A DNA stretch of 46,879 nt from assembly GCA_040904565.1 (NCBI GenBank), contig JBBDTI010000025.1, positions 1 to 46,879 of the forward strand, in the 5' to 3' direction. Origin of the DNA: Rhodothermales bacterium. Lineage in GTDB: Bacteria > Bacteroidota > Rhodothermia > Rhodothermales > VXPQ01. The position numbers and the translations under genes were made by a program. Numbering within the stretch: the stretch's first letter is position 1; every line of letters starts with the position of its first letter. Below the pieces are notes generated by a model. The model was not told where the DNA came from and made no database searches. It worked only from the letters and a program-made list of their open reading frames with translations. Positions 1 through 8,712 of this stretch are shown piece by piece.

Positions 1-223
1 GTGACGAATCGATCGAGCGTAGATACTGGTCGTAACGATCGCGCAGTACTTCCATCTGTTTGGCTTCGGTAAATGCGGACGGGTCGTCCGATGGGCGGAG
101 AACGCGTTTGCCGGAACTGAGCTGCTCCTGTATGCGGGCGAGCTCCATTTCCCGAGCCTGTACGGCATGTTTGGAGAATGCCGTAAAGAGGCTGCGTTCG
201 CGTGCTAGGTTAACGGCGGGCAT
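1..223 (-). CDS. flgL: Flagellar hook-associated protein 3 (FlgL), N-terminal part; truncated by window edge
   Basis: Not in the ORF track. Manual translation from ATG at 223 gives MPAVNLARERSLFTAFSKHAVQAREMELARIQEQLSSGKRVLRPSDDPSAF, containing the flagellin/FlgL N-terminal motif QLSSGKR...PSDDP. Lies directly downstream of flgK. Confidence 0.88.
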   Translation of the reverse strand, partial: MPAVNLARERSLFTAFSKHAVQAREMELARIQEQLSSGKRVLRPSDDPSAFTEAKQMEVLRDRYDQYLRSIDSS

Positions 224-261
224 GAGAATCCGAAATTAGTGCGTCCATAAAGGGAGGTCGA

Positions 262-1680
262 CTACAGGGCGAGCAGGGTGTCCATCATTTCTTCGGCCGC
301 GGTGATGACGCGGGCAGAGGCGGAGAACGCCTGTTGGAATTCGATCAGACTCGTCATCTCCTCTTCGAGCGATACGCCCGAAACGCCCTCCGCCATGGCC
401 TGGACGTGATTCGAGAATGCCGCGTGGGACTCGTACAGGTTGCCGGCGCGCTCCGCGACGGCCCCGATGCCGCTGACCATATTGATGACGAAGGTCTCGA
501 CCGTTTCCGTGTTGCCGTTCATGACCGTATTCTCGCGCAGTGCCAGGATGTCGTTCGCGACGCCCGAGTCGTTGACGCCCAGGCTTGGATCGCCCTGCGA
601 GGCAACGATGGCGCGGCTGTTTGCCTTCACGGCATTGGAGAGCGTGATGGACGTAGCCTTGATCCCTTCCTCGGGCGGCCCCGCCGCGTAATGGAAAAAG
701 TCGACGTTCGTATTGCCGTCCAGGTCGAAACCCGTGGTGTGAATGGCGTTCACTTCCTTTACGATCGTCTCGGCGATGCTGTCGAGGCGCGCCAGCGTGT
801 CCGGAAGCGTGGTCTGGAGTCCGCGAAGGAGCCCGGCCAGCTTGCCGCCGCCCTCGGGGGGTACGCCCATCGACACGTTTGTGCCCGCGATCTTAATCTC
901 CGGCGTAACGCCCGAGTTGTCGATGCTGAGCGTTTGAGCGCGCTGCTCGGACACGAGGTTCATGCCGTCGAGCGTTACGCTGAACGATCCGTTCTCCTGC
1001 TCGTGCACGCGGAACGTGCCCATTTCCGACAGCTTGTTGACGAGCAGACCCCGCCGGTCCTCGGCGACGTGGTCCGGCTTACCGAGATAGCGCCCGCGCG
1101 TTACCTTGGCATTCAATTCGGCGATCTCCGCGAACATCTTGTTGGCGTCGTCGACGTGGCCGGCAAGGGCCCGTTTGGATTCGGCCTCGAGGTGATTCAC
1201 GTCGGCGGACATTCGGTTGAGCGTCCCGGCGAGAGCGGCACCGCGCGAGCGCAGCGCGAGCCGAACGCCATTGTCGGTTGGATTGTCGGCCAGGTCGCTC
1301 CATGCATTGAAGAAACGGTCGAGCTGGTTGGTGAGCGAACCCTCGGTCTGTACGGCGAATATGCTCTCCAGGGCGGCTACGACGCGGTGCTCTTCTTCGG
1401 ACGCGCCCATGAAGCCGTTGGAATGCCAGGCCGTGCGATCGAGCAGCTCGTCACGCATCCGTTCGTAGCTTTCGACCTTGACGCCCGTGCCGGAGAACGT
1501 ATTGATCGTGCCGCGCGTGATCCGGCCCTGCGGGGCGACGTTCTGCGCCGATAGGGTCGTCATCCGACGCGAGTACCCTTCGGATTCCGCGTTAGCCACG
1601 TTCTGGCCGACCGTATTCATGGCCGCCCTGTAGGCCAGGAGCGAGCTTTTCGCCGTATGGAGTAGTTGTGTGATGCTCAT
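262..1680 (-). CDS. flgK: Flagellar hook-associated protein 1 (FlgK)
   Basis: N-terminal AMNTVGQNVANAESEGYSRR and C-terminal SGVSLEEEMTSLIEFQQAFSASARVI motifs. Start placed at MSITQ (1680), just after the flgN stop. Confidence 0.95.
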   Translation of the reverse strand: MSITQLLHTAKSSLLAYRAAMNTVGQNVANAESEGYSRRMTTLSAQNVAPQGRITRGTINTFSGTGVKVESYERMRDELLDRTAWHSNGFMGASEEEHRVVAALESIFAVQTEGSLTNQLDRFFNAWSDLADNPTDNGVRLALRSRGAALAGTLNRMSADVNHLEAESKRALAGHVDDANKMFAEIAELNAKVTRGRYLGKPDHVAEDRRGLLVNKLSEMGTFRVHEQENGSFSVTLDGMNLVSEQRAQTLSIDNSGVTPEIKIAGTNVSMGVPPEGGGKLAGLLRGLQTTLPDTLARLDSIAETIVKEVNAIHTTGFDLDGNTNVDFFHYAAGPPEEGIKATSITLSNAVKANSRAIVASQGDPSLGVNDSGVANDILALRENTVMNGNTETVETFVINMVSGIGAVAERAGNLYESHAAFSNHVQAMAEGVSGVSLEEEMTSLIEFQQAFSASARVITAAEEMMDTLLAL

Positions 1681-1691
1681 GAGTGGTCTCG

Positions 1692-2249
1692 CTACCCGAT
1701 CCTGTTTACGAAGGCCGCGGAGCCGGACGATTCGACGGCCCCGCCTTTCGGCGTGTATACTTTCGTGGCCCCCGTTGGGGCCATGCCCTGGAGGACCTGC
1801 AGCAGGTCCCGGCCGAGAAGCACGGCATATTCGAGCGCGAACTCCAGATCGCGGCATCGACGCTGCGTACGCTCCGCTTCTCGACGGATGTTGGTGCGAA
1901 GACGCTCGATGCTGCGTGCGTCTTCCGCCGTCTCTTCGCTGCCGCTGAGGATTTGGGTGACATCCTCGATGGTCGCCGGATCTCCCTCTACGCGCAGTAC
2001 GCGGCCGAGGAGTCGGAGCTTCCGATCCCGCTGGTGTTTGAGTCCGGCCAGGCGGCTGATCTCGTCGTTCGTCTCGTGCGTGGCGTCGGTTATGCCCGAC
2101 TTCTCACGTTGGCGGAGGGCGAGGATGTGCGCGTCAAAGTGACCGCGCAGTCGCACGAGCGAGTCGTATTCCTCCTGAAGGGTGTCCACCAGGGATGATG
2201 CCAGCGCGGCTGGTCCTCTGGGGGCTGAATCGGTGGCCTGGTCGGTCAT
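1692..2249 (-). CDS. flgN: Flagellar export chaperone FlgN
   Basis: Helical protein between flgJ and flgK with a FlgN-like C-terminal 'KVYTPKG'. ATG at 2249 overlaps the flgJ stop (ATGA). Confidence 0.8.
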   Translation of the reverse strand: MTDQATDSAPRGPAALASSLVDTLQEEYDSLVRLRGHFDAHILALRQREKSGITDATHETNDEISRLAGLKHQRDRKLRLLGRVLRVEGDPATIEDVTQILSGSEETAEDARSIERLRTNIRREAERTQRRCRDLEFALEYAVLLGRDLLQVLQGMAPTGATKVYTPKGGAVESSGSAAFVNRIG

Positions 2250-2611
2250 GATGGGTCCTCCGTCTTGTCGGATGGCGCACCGAATGCCGGAGCGTCGGTG
2301 TCTGACCGGCGCGCCCACTGCTTCATGAGCAGCTCGGCGATGCCGAGGCGGCCGTCTTCGGTGATCTTGTTTGCCAGTTCCTCGGTCAGCACGTCGCTCT
2401 GCATGTCGCTGTAGGCGCCCATCCATTCGGGTGCGTCGTCGCCGGCGATGCTGCCGTCAAACAGATCCTTCGTCATGGCCTGGACCATCTGCTTTACGAG
2501 GATGTGTTCGAACTGCCGGGCCGCTTCCTGTGGATTCCGTGGACGCTCGGCGTCGGGGGACGCGGCCTGGACGTTCTGTGGGAGGATGCTGCCGTCGATG
2601 TGCACGTTCAT
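2246..2611 (-). CDS. flgJ: FlgJ rod-binding protein (no muramidase domain)
   Basis: EAARQFEHILVKQMVQAM and GRLGIAELL rod-binding motifs; 121 aa; follows flgI. Confidence 0.85.
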   Translation of the reverse strand: MNVHIDGSILPQNVQAASPDAERPRNPQEAARQFEHILVKQMVQAMTKDLFDGSIAGDDAPEWMGAYSDMQSDVLTEELANKITEDGRLGIAELLMKQWARRSDTDAPAFGAPSDKTEDPS

Positions 2612-2623
2612 GAGTCAATCGGG

Positions 2624-3784
2624 TTAAAGGATGATCAGCTCGCCCTGGAGGGCGCCCGCCCGGTCGATGGCCTGGAAGATGGCGATGACGTCGCGCGAGG
2701 TCAGGCCCAGTTCGTTCAGGGCGGTCGCGAGCTGGCCGACGTCCGTGTTGGGAGGGAGGACGACCGAGCGGGCGGTCTCTTCCTCGATGCCGGCCGAGCC
2801 GATCGTGCCGGTTATGGTTTCGCCGCCGGACAGGGCAGGGGGCTGGGAGACGAACGGATCTTCCTGGGTGGAGATGACGATACTTCCGTAGGTCACCATG
2901 ACCTCGTTCACCCGTATGCCCCCACCGGCTACGATCGTTCCCGTGCGCTCGTTGATGACGACGCGGGCCGGCACGTCGACGGCCACGTTTAGTTCTTCCA
3001 TCGCGGCCAGGAAGGCGTTGGCACCACCGTCGACCGCGGCGACGTCCACCTGAATCCGTCCGGCATGCGATACGGTCGCCGGCGCGAGGTCGGCGGATAT
3101 CGCGTCCGCGATGCGTTGCGCATTCGTGAAGTCCGGCCGACGAAGAACCAGCGCAAGCTCGTCTGAAGCCGCCATGTCGAGTCCCTGCGAGGAGGTGACG
3201 ACGCCGCCGTTCGGAATCCGACCGGTGTTGGAGTGATTCACCTGTACGCTCGAACCCACGCCGGAGGCCTGGATCGAACCGGTAGAAATAGGTCCCTGCG
3301 CCATGGCGTGAAGCTCATCGGTAATGGGGTTGATCAGGGGCGTTTGCAGCAGGACGCCGCCGGAGAGCGAACGGGCGTCACCGAGGGCGGATATCGTCAC
3401 GTCGATCGAACTCCCTTCACCGTTGAACGCCGTTACGGTGGCGCTCACCATGACGGCGGCGGCGTTCCGCGTCGAAAGATCGTCCGGGTTGACGTTGACG
3501 CCGAAGCGCCTCAGCATATTGGCTACGCTCTGTACCGTGTAGGGCGCTCCCCGGCTGCCGCGTGCCCGGTCGCCGGTCCGGTCGAGTCCGACGACGAGCC
3601 CATAGCCCGTTAGCTGGACGGATGAGGCGCCTTCGAGGACGACGAGGTCTTTCAGGCGCGCCGATCCGGCCTCCTGGGCCCGGGATGGGACGGTCGTTCC
3701 CAGCAGCACGGCGACGAGCAGCGTCGCAACGAGCGGGTATGTTGGACGAGGGGTCATAAGGGTTGGATACGGCTTGGGGGTCAT
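2624..3784 (-). CDS. flgI: Flagellar P-ring protein FlgI
   Basis: QLTGYGLVVGL, NAAAVMVSA, ARVVINERTGTIV and AGALQGEL motifs plus a signal peptide. Start could be 3784 or 3757. Confidence 0.96.
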   Translation of the reverse strand: MTPKPYPTLMTPRPTYPLVATLLVAVLLGTTVPSRAQEAGSARLKDLVVLEGASSVQLTGYGLVVGLDRTGDRARGSRGAPYTVQSVANMLRRFGVNVNPDDLSTRNAAAVMVSATVTAFNGEGSSIDVTISALGDARSLSGGVLLQTPLINPITDELHAMAQGPISTGSIQASGVGSSVQVNHSNTGRIPNGGVVTSSQGLDMAASDELALVLRRPDFTNAQRIADAISADLAPATVSHAGRIQVDVAAVDGGANAFLAAMEELNVAVDVPARVVINERTGTIVAGGGIRVNEVMVTYGSIVISTQEDPFVSQPPALSGGETITGTIGSAGIEEETARSVVLPPNTDVGQLATALNELGLTSRDVIAIFQAIDRAGALQGELIIL

Positions 3785-3788
3785 CGAA

Positions 3789-4382
3789 TTAAGAGCCGAG
3801 GGCGACGGCGGCAGCGAGCAGGCCAAGGGCCCCGATTCGTGCCAGCATGCCCGGCCTGAAGAACCGACGATGGATACCGCTGCGACGATACTCGATTTCC
3901 GCGTTGGCGATGTCGGGGGAGAGGATCGTGTTGTTCGATCGCACGTCGATCGGGCGCACGATGCCGGAGATGCGAAGCAGGTGCGTCTCGCCGTTCACGT
4001 TGAGTTTTCTTTCCCCTTCGATAAAGAGGTTGCCACCCTCATCGACCTGCACCACACGCGTCGTGACCGTGCCGTTGAGCAGATCTTCCTGGGAGGACCG
4101 GTTGTTGCTCTGAGCGGCCTTATTAAACGATGCGTCGGCCGAGAATATACCGGAGATCGTGCCTCCACCGACGTCGCCGCTTCCGCCGAGAGCGGAGTTC
4201 GCGGCGTTGCTCCAGGCGCTCTGGCGCTGCGCGCTCGTGCGCTCTACGAGCACGACGGTAAGGAGATCTCCCGCGTTGGCGGCCTTGGGATCCGCATACA
4301 TGGATCGCTGCGCCTGGGCCGGAATCACGGCTCCGACGAGCAGCAGTGTGATGATTGCCGCTCGGAGGGGTAAAGTCTGCAT
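3789..4382 (-). CDS. flgH: Flagellar L-ring protein FlgH (atypical: no lipobox Cys)
   Basis: GDLLTVVLVE, GNLFIEGERKLNVN, SGIVRPIDV and NTILSPDIANAEIEY motifs; located between flgA and flgI. Confidence 0.93.
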   Translation of the reverse strand: MQTLPLRAAIITLLLVGAVIPAQAQRSMYADPKAANAGDLLTVVLVERTSAQRQSAWSNAANSALGGSGDVGGGTISGIFSADASFNKAAQSNNRSSQEDLLNGTVTTRVVQVDEGGNLFIEGERKLNVNGETHLLRISGIVRPIDVRSNNTILSPDIANAEIEYRRSGIHRRFFRPGMLARIGALGLLAAAVALGS

Positions 4383-4414
4383 GGGGTTTCGAAAGCTGTA
4401 TGTGTGGAAAGGTA

Positions 4415-5164
4415 TCAAAGTGTTTCGATCCATTCGGCCTCGGCACGGCCGGTCAGGCGCGCCTTGTAGGTGGATTGCGTGGACTCGTTGTAGAGTCGTA
4501 CGACGTCGCCGACGACGCCGGGCCGGCGTGCGCGGCAGGTCATCGTGAGGTGGATGGGGCCGCGTCGATAAGTGAGCGTGACCTGCTCGCCCGTGTCGAC
4601 GGCGAGGGGTGGTCGGAGATCACCGTCTCTCAGTATGTCGCCGGACGTGATGCGCTTGACGGCATAGATCGCTTCGTCATCGCGGAGCTGCTCGAGGTTA
4701 CGGCGATTCAGAGGGCGGCCCCGGAACGTGGTGACGTCGATCCACGCCGTACCGATATCGGAAGCGGCAACCCGATCGCCTGCCGAGAGATCGCTGCGCG
4801 CGACGGCAATGGAATCGAAATGGGTCACGTAGAGGACGGCCCATCCGGCATTGGTCGAGCCCGATCCCGTGTCGGTATGCAGCCGTGCCTGCGTGTGCCC
4901 TCGGGGCACGCCGTCGTCCGACGTGATGTCGAGCCGCAGTGGGGCCTCCGGGCCCAGCGACGTGTTGAGGCGAACGACCCGCACGCGCAGCCGGTCGACG
5001 TGGTCCGGGAAGCGAACGGCGAGGTATGCCTCTGCAGCTGTTTGGACGCGTTCAGTGATACGATCGTCGTCGGCCGGACCGGTATTGAGGGCGCCGTCCG
5101 CGGAGGCACGCACGGTCATCCCGGCGAGCAACACGATCATCGCTATGTATGGGACAGGCCTCAT
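4415..5164 (-). CDS. flgA: Flagellar P-ring formation chaperone FlgA
   Basis: Signal peptide, SAF-like region (VARSDLSAGD) and C-terminal GDVVRLYN motif; position in flgG-flgA-flgH. Confidence 0.88.
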   Translation of the reverse strand: MRPVPYIAMIVLLAGMTVRASADGALNTGPADDDRITERVQTAAEAYLAVRFPDHVDRLRVRVVRLNTSLGPEAPLRLDITSDDGVPRGHTQARLHTDTGSGSTNAGWAVLYVTHFDSIAVARSDLSAGDRVAASDIGTAWIDVTTFRGRPLNRRNLEQLRDDEAIYAVKRITSGDILRDGDLRPPLAVDTGEQVTLTYRRGPIHLTMTCRARRPGVVGDVVRLYNESTQSTYKARLTGRAEAEWIETL

Positions 5165-5953
5165 CTATCGCTTGACGTTGTTGGCTACCTGGAGCATCTC
5201 TTCGCTGGTCGTCACCATCTTCGAATTGATCTCGTAGGCGCGCTGGGCCGTGATGAGGTTGACCATCTCCTGCACGACTTCGACGTTCGAGACCTCCAGA
5301 TACCCCTGGCGAATGACTCCGAGGCCGTCGCGGCCGGGCGTGGCTATCGCCGGCTCTCCGCTCGCCTGTGTCGCGGAGTATAGATTGCCGCCCTCGGCCA
5401 TGAGACCCGACGGATTGGAAAAGCGAGCGAGCTCGATCTGACCGATTTCGGTATGGTCGGCCTCGCCGTTGAAACGGACCTTCACCACGCCGTCCTGGCT
5501 GATGTGAACCTCCGTCGCGTCCATGGGAATGCTGACGTCCGGCTCGAGCTGGAGCCCCGTCTGCGTCATCAGGTAACCGTCGTCGCTGATGGTCAACGAA
5601 CCGTCACGGGAATAGGAGACCGTGCCGTCGGGCATGCGCACCTGAAAAAATCCGTCGCCGTTTATGGCGAGGTCGAAGGAGTTTCCGGTTTGCTCGAGTC
5701 CGCCCTGCGTGAAGTTGCGCATCGTGGCGACCGGGGCTGCGCCGTGTCCGATCTGGAGCGTGGCGGGAGCGGGGCCGCCTTCGCCTTCCGCCTGGCCGTG
5801 AGCCTGCACGTTCTGGTACAGCAGGTCCTGAAAGATGACGTTGGAGCGCTTGTAGCCCGTCGTGTTCGCGTTGGCCAGGTTGTGCGCGATGTTGTCAACC
5901 CCGGTCTGCTGTGCCTTCATGCCCAGTGCCGCGGTTCGGAGTGCTCGTAGCAT
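5165..5953 (-). CDS. flgG: Flagellar basal-body distal rod protein FlgG
   Basis: NLANANTTGYK, FQDLLYQ, DLAINGDGFFQV and EMVNLITAQRAYEINSK motifs. Confidence 0.97.
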   Translation of the reverse strand: MLRALRTAALGMKAQQTGVDNIAHNLANANTTGYKRSNVIFQDLLYQNVQAHGQAEGEGGPAPATLQIGHGAAPVATMRNFTQGGLEQTGNSFDLAINGDGFFQVRMPDGTVSYSRDGSLTISDDGYLMTQTGLQLEPDVSIPMDATEVHISQDGVVKVRFNGEADHTEIGQIELARFSNPSGLMAEGGNLYSATQASGEPAIATPGRDGLGVIRQGYLEVSNVEVVQEMVNLITAQRAYEINSKMVTTSEEMLQVANNVKR

Positions 5954-6000
5954 GTGTGATGTCTCTTTTTCGTCGTCAGAAGGTCGGGCGGGATACGATG

Positions 6001-6723
6001 CTAGAATTTGCCCAGCTCACGCGTTACGTGACCGAGTATCTGGTCGTGTGTGCTGAGTACCTTTTGCTGCGATTCGAATTGCCTGAAATGCGCGATCATC
6101 TCGGTCATCTCTCTGATCGGATCGACGTTGCTCGTCTCGATGAACCCCTGTCGCACGGACGGTTGTTCGACTTCTAGTGGCTCGGCGCCGTCCGCCGTGA
6201 AGGCCGCTCCATCGACGCGGGTGAGCGCCATCGGATTCTCGAACCGTACGAGCCGAAGCGTTCCGACCGGCTGGTCGTCAGCCCGGATCGTGCCGTCGGC
6301 CTGGATCGCGATCGTGGCAGCGTCGCGCGGAATTTGTATCGGGCCGTTCAAGCCTTCGACGAGCTGGCCGCCCGGACTCCGAAGCATCCCCTGATCGTCC
6401 TGCGTGAAGCGCCCGGCACGCGTATAGCGCTCGGGGCCGCCCTCCTGATCGGTCAATACGAAGAACCCATCGTTCTCGATGGCGACGTCGAGCGGACCTC
6501 CAGTGGCTTCGAACGCTCCCTGCTCGAGGGACGCCCACTGCTCGGTACGTCGGTCGCTCTGCGGTCCACCTTCTACGTCGAGATATTCTTCGAGCGTAGC
6601 CGTGAACGTCCGATCTTGCTTGTAGCCGATCGTGTTCGCATTGGCGAGATTGTTGGCCGTCCGCTCCTGCTCTCGGATCATCGAGGTCATGGAGCGAAAC
6701 GCGTTTTGAAGCCGTAGCAGCAT
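6001..6723 (-). CDS. flgF: Flagellar basal-body rod protein FlgF
   Basis: ANNLANANTIGYK, DVAIENDGFF, YTRAGRF and ETSNVDPIREM motifs. Start at MLLRLQ (6723); first gene of the operon. Confidence 0.9.
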   Translation of the reverse strand: MLLRLQNAFRSMTSMIREQERTANNLANANTIGYKQDRTFTATLEEYLDVEGGPQSDRRTEQWASLEQGAFEATGGPLDVAIENDGFFVLTDQEGGPERYTRAGRFTQDDQGMLRSPGGQLVEGLNGPIQIPRDAATIAIQADGTIRADDQPVGTLRLVRFENPMALTRVDGAAFTADGAEPLEVEQPSVRQGFIETSNVDPIREMTEMIAHFRQFESQQKVLSTHDQILGHVTRELGKF

Positions 6724-6763
6724 GGGAATCGAATCGAATGGATTGAACTCGAACACCAGCTCG

Positions 6764-6780
6764 AACAAACGGCACGCCAA
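6764..6780 (-). promoter_or_regulatory. Putative sigma-54 (-24/-12) promoter of the flgF operon
   Basis: Minus strand TTGGCGTG-CCGT-TTGTT (consensus TGGCACG-N4-TTGC), about 40 bp upstream of the flgF ATG. Confidence 0.55.
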
Positions 6781-6982
6781 CTTGGGAACGGTAGGGAGGG
6801 TGTCCAGCGAGGCCGTGCGCGAAGCACGTTCAGGGGCAGGAATTTCCTGGAATTCGCGGCAGATCTTGCCAGCGGGGCGACCCTGGCGTCGCCGTGCGAG
6901 ATCGGCTCGTAACGGGACGCCGTCTATCGGCGGCGACGGGTGGCATCCGAACCAAGTCGACCCGCCGCACGTGTGAGAGGCC

Positions 6983-7855
6983 ATGCAAGTAACGAGCCGA
7001 ACGACGCAACTCTATCACGCGACGCGCGCCGTCCTCATCGGAGGCGGGGTAGGCGTCGTGTCCGAGATCGCGACGAGCGTAGGATGGTATCCTGGCCTGG
7101 CCGTCTTTGTGATCGTGCTCGCGCTGGGTCTTCGCCGTTCCATCCGGCGTGCCCGGGCCGTGCGGCGTCCCCTGACGGGCTCCGTGCGCTCCTGGCTGGT
7201 GGACCGATTTCCCTCCTACGACTGGGTCGATGCGGATCGGTTTGAACGCGATCTCAAGATCGTACTGGACGAGTGGATTTTCGAAGGCGTTGGAGGGGTG
7301 GAGGTGACGGACGAGGCGAAGGCAGGTGTTGCGGCAGGCGCGGCGCTGCTGCTGAACGGACGGCCGAACTGGGAGCTCCCATATCGGCAGACCGTGCTCT
7401 TCTATCCCGATCGGTTCGATAACGACTATCTTTCCGGAGACTCGGGCGAATTCGACGGCATGGCGCACCAGCAGGGTCCGGTCATCCTGTCGTCGGTGGC
7501 CGTGGATGAAAGCTGGGCGTATCCGGAGGATGGAAGCAACGTCGTCCTCCACGAACTGGCCCACCTGCTCGATTATGAGAATGCTTTCGCGGACGGCGTG
7601 CCGTCTCTCGTGGATCCTGGTTCGGAAGTAGCGTGGCGAGAACTCGTGAAGAAGGAGATACGGCGCGTGCGCATCGGACGATCAATGCTCCGGCGATACG
7701 CCGCGACGAATCCTGCCGAGCTGTTCGCCGTGTCCGTCGAGAATTTCTTCGAGCGGCCTGAGGCGATGGCGACCGGGCATCCCGAGCTGTTTGGCGCGCT
7801 GAAGAGCCTCTTCAATCTGGATCCCGCCGGCACGTCCCAACCCAATTCAGAATGA
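6983..7855 (+). CDS. Zinc-dependent peptidase, MtfA/M90 family, with N-terminal hydrophobic segments
   Basis: DGSNVVLHELAHLLD (HEXXH) and YAATNPAELFAVSVENFFERP motifs typical of MtfA. Start uncertain. Confidence 0.85.
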   Translation: MQVTSRTTQLYHATRAVLIGGGVGVVSEIATSVGWYPGLAVFVIVLALGLRRSIRRARAVRRPLTGSVRSWLVDRFPSYDWVDADRFERDLKIVLDEWIFEGVGGVEVTDEAKAGVAAGAALLLNGRPNWELPYRQTVLFYPDRFDNDYLSGDSGEFDGMAHQQGPVILSSVAVDESWAYPEDGSNVVLHELAHLLDYENAFADGVPSLVDPGSEVAWRELVKKEIRRVRIGRSMLRRYAATNPAELFAVSVENFFERPEAMATGHPELFGALKSLFNLDPAGTSQPNSE

Positions 7856-7924
7856 CGCGCGGCGTGAAGCAGGGCAGCCTTCTCAAGCCGTCGATTGTGC
7901 CTCGTTGACCCGCGTTCACAGCGA

Positions 7925-7939
7925 TGGCACAGTACTTGA
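7925..7939 (+). promoter_or_regulatory. Putative sigma-54 promoter of the TPR gene
   Basis: TGGCACA-GTAC-TTGA, ending 48 bp upstream of ATG 7988. Confidence 0.55.
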
Positions 7940-7987
7940 ACGTGTTGGTGGCGAAGTCAAACCTCCAACTCACGCAACGCAAACGCC

Positions 7988-8485
7988 ATGCAATCGTACG
8001 ATCGACTTATCGAACAGGCCGAAGAGCGGCTCCGCGGGCAGGACACCGTGCAGGCCATGCAGCTCTACGCCGAAGCCGCCAAGGCCGCGCCGGAGCGCAA
8101 AGAACCGCTGATCGAGCTCGCGCTGCTCTTCATTGCTCACGACGATGTGGACGGAGCCATCGGGTTTCTCGAGAAGGCGCTGTCCCTCGACGGTACCGAT
8201 CCCTTCATCCGGCTCAATCTGGCACTTGCGTGCTACGAGATGAACCGGAGTGAGGAGGCCGCGGATCACTTGACGAAGGCCGTGCTCCTCATTCAGTATC
8301 TCGTCAGCGAGACGCGGATCAACAACATGTTCGGTTCTGCATCCGAGATGGATCTGAAACAGGCCGAAGAGATGGAGACGACGGGCGAGTACGCCATCGA
8401 GCTACTCAAGGAAATGGCCGGTATCACCGAGCCGGACGCGCAGCCCGTCGAGATCCGGAGACCGACGTTCCGTCTGGCCTCATAG
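7988..8485 (+). CDS. Standalone tetratricopeptide repeat protein
   Basis: TPR pattern (AIGFLEKALSLDGTDPFIRLNLALACY); colinear with 16355..16846. Confidence 0.8.
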   Translation: MQSYDRLIEQAEERLRGQDTVQAMQLYAEAAKAAPERKEPLIELALLFIAHDDVDGAIGFLEKALSLDGTDPFIRLNLALACYEMNRSEEAADHLTKAVLLIQYLVSETRINNMFGSASEMDLKQAEEMETTGEYAIELLKEMAGITEPDAQPVEIRRPTFRLAS

Positions 8486-8487
8486 GG

Positions 8488-8516
8488 TGGTTGACAGGCA
8501 GCATGGTTGACAGGCA
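8488..8516. repeat. 13-bp direct repeat TGGTTGACAGGCA, 16-bp period
   Basis: Exact copies at 8488-8500 and 8504-8516 in the intergenic region. Confidence 0.8.
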
Positions 8517-8712
8517 AGGTCTTCCGAATGTGGTAGACCTGCGTGTCGCCGTTCACGTCGTGGAGCGTTCTTCTCCGTCGGATTTCCGATGGTGAGGAAG
8601 AATCTCGGTGTCGCTGCGGGACCGACGGGCAGCCGCCGGGAAGAGCATGAAATTCGGGCATTGAGGATAGCAGCAAGATTAAGATAAGAAGTACGATTGC
8701 GTCTTTTCTACC

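Noticed and set aside
2246-2611. FlgJ lacking the muramidase domain as a pseudogene or novelty
   Set aside because: Single-domain rod-binding FlgJ is the common form outside beta/gamma-proteobacteria, and the ORF is intact and coupled to flgN.
8673-8699. Sigma-28-like GCAAG-N14-TACGATTG before the sulfotransferase
   Set aside because: Weak match in both boxes and very close to the start codon.
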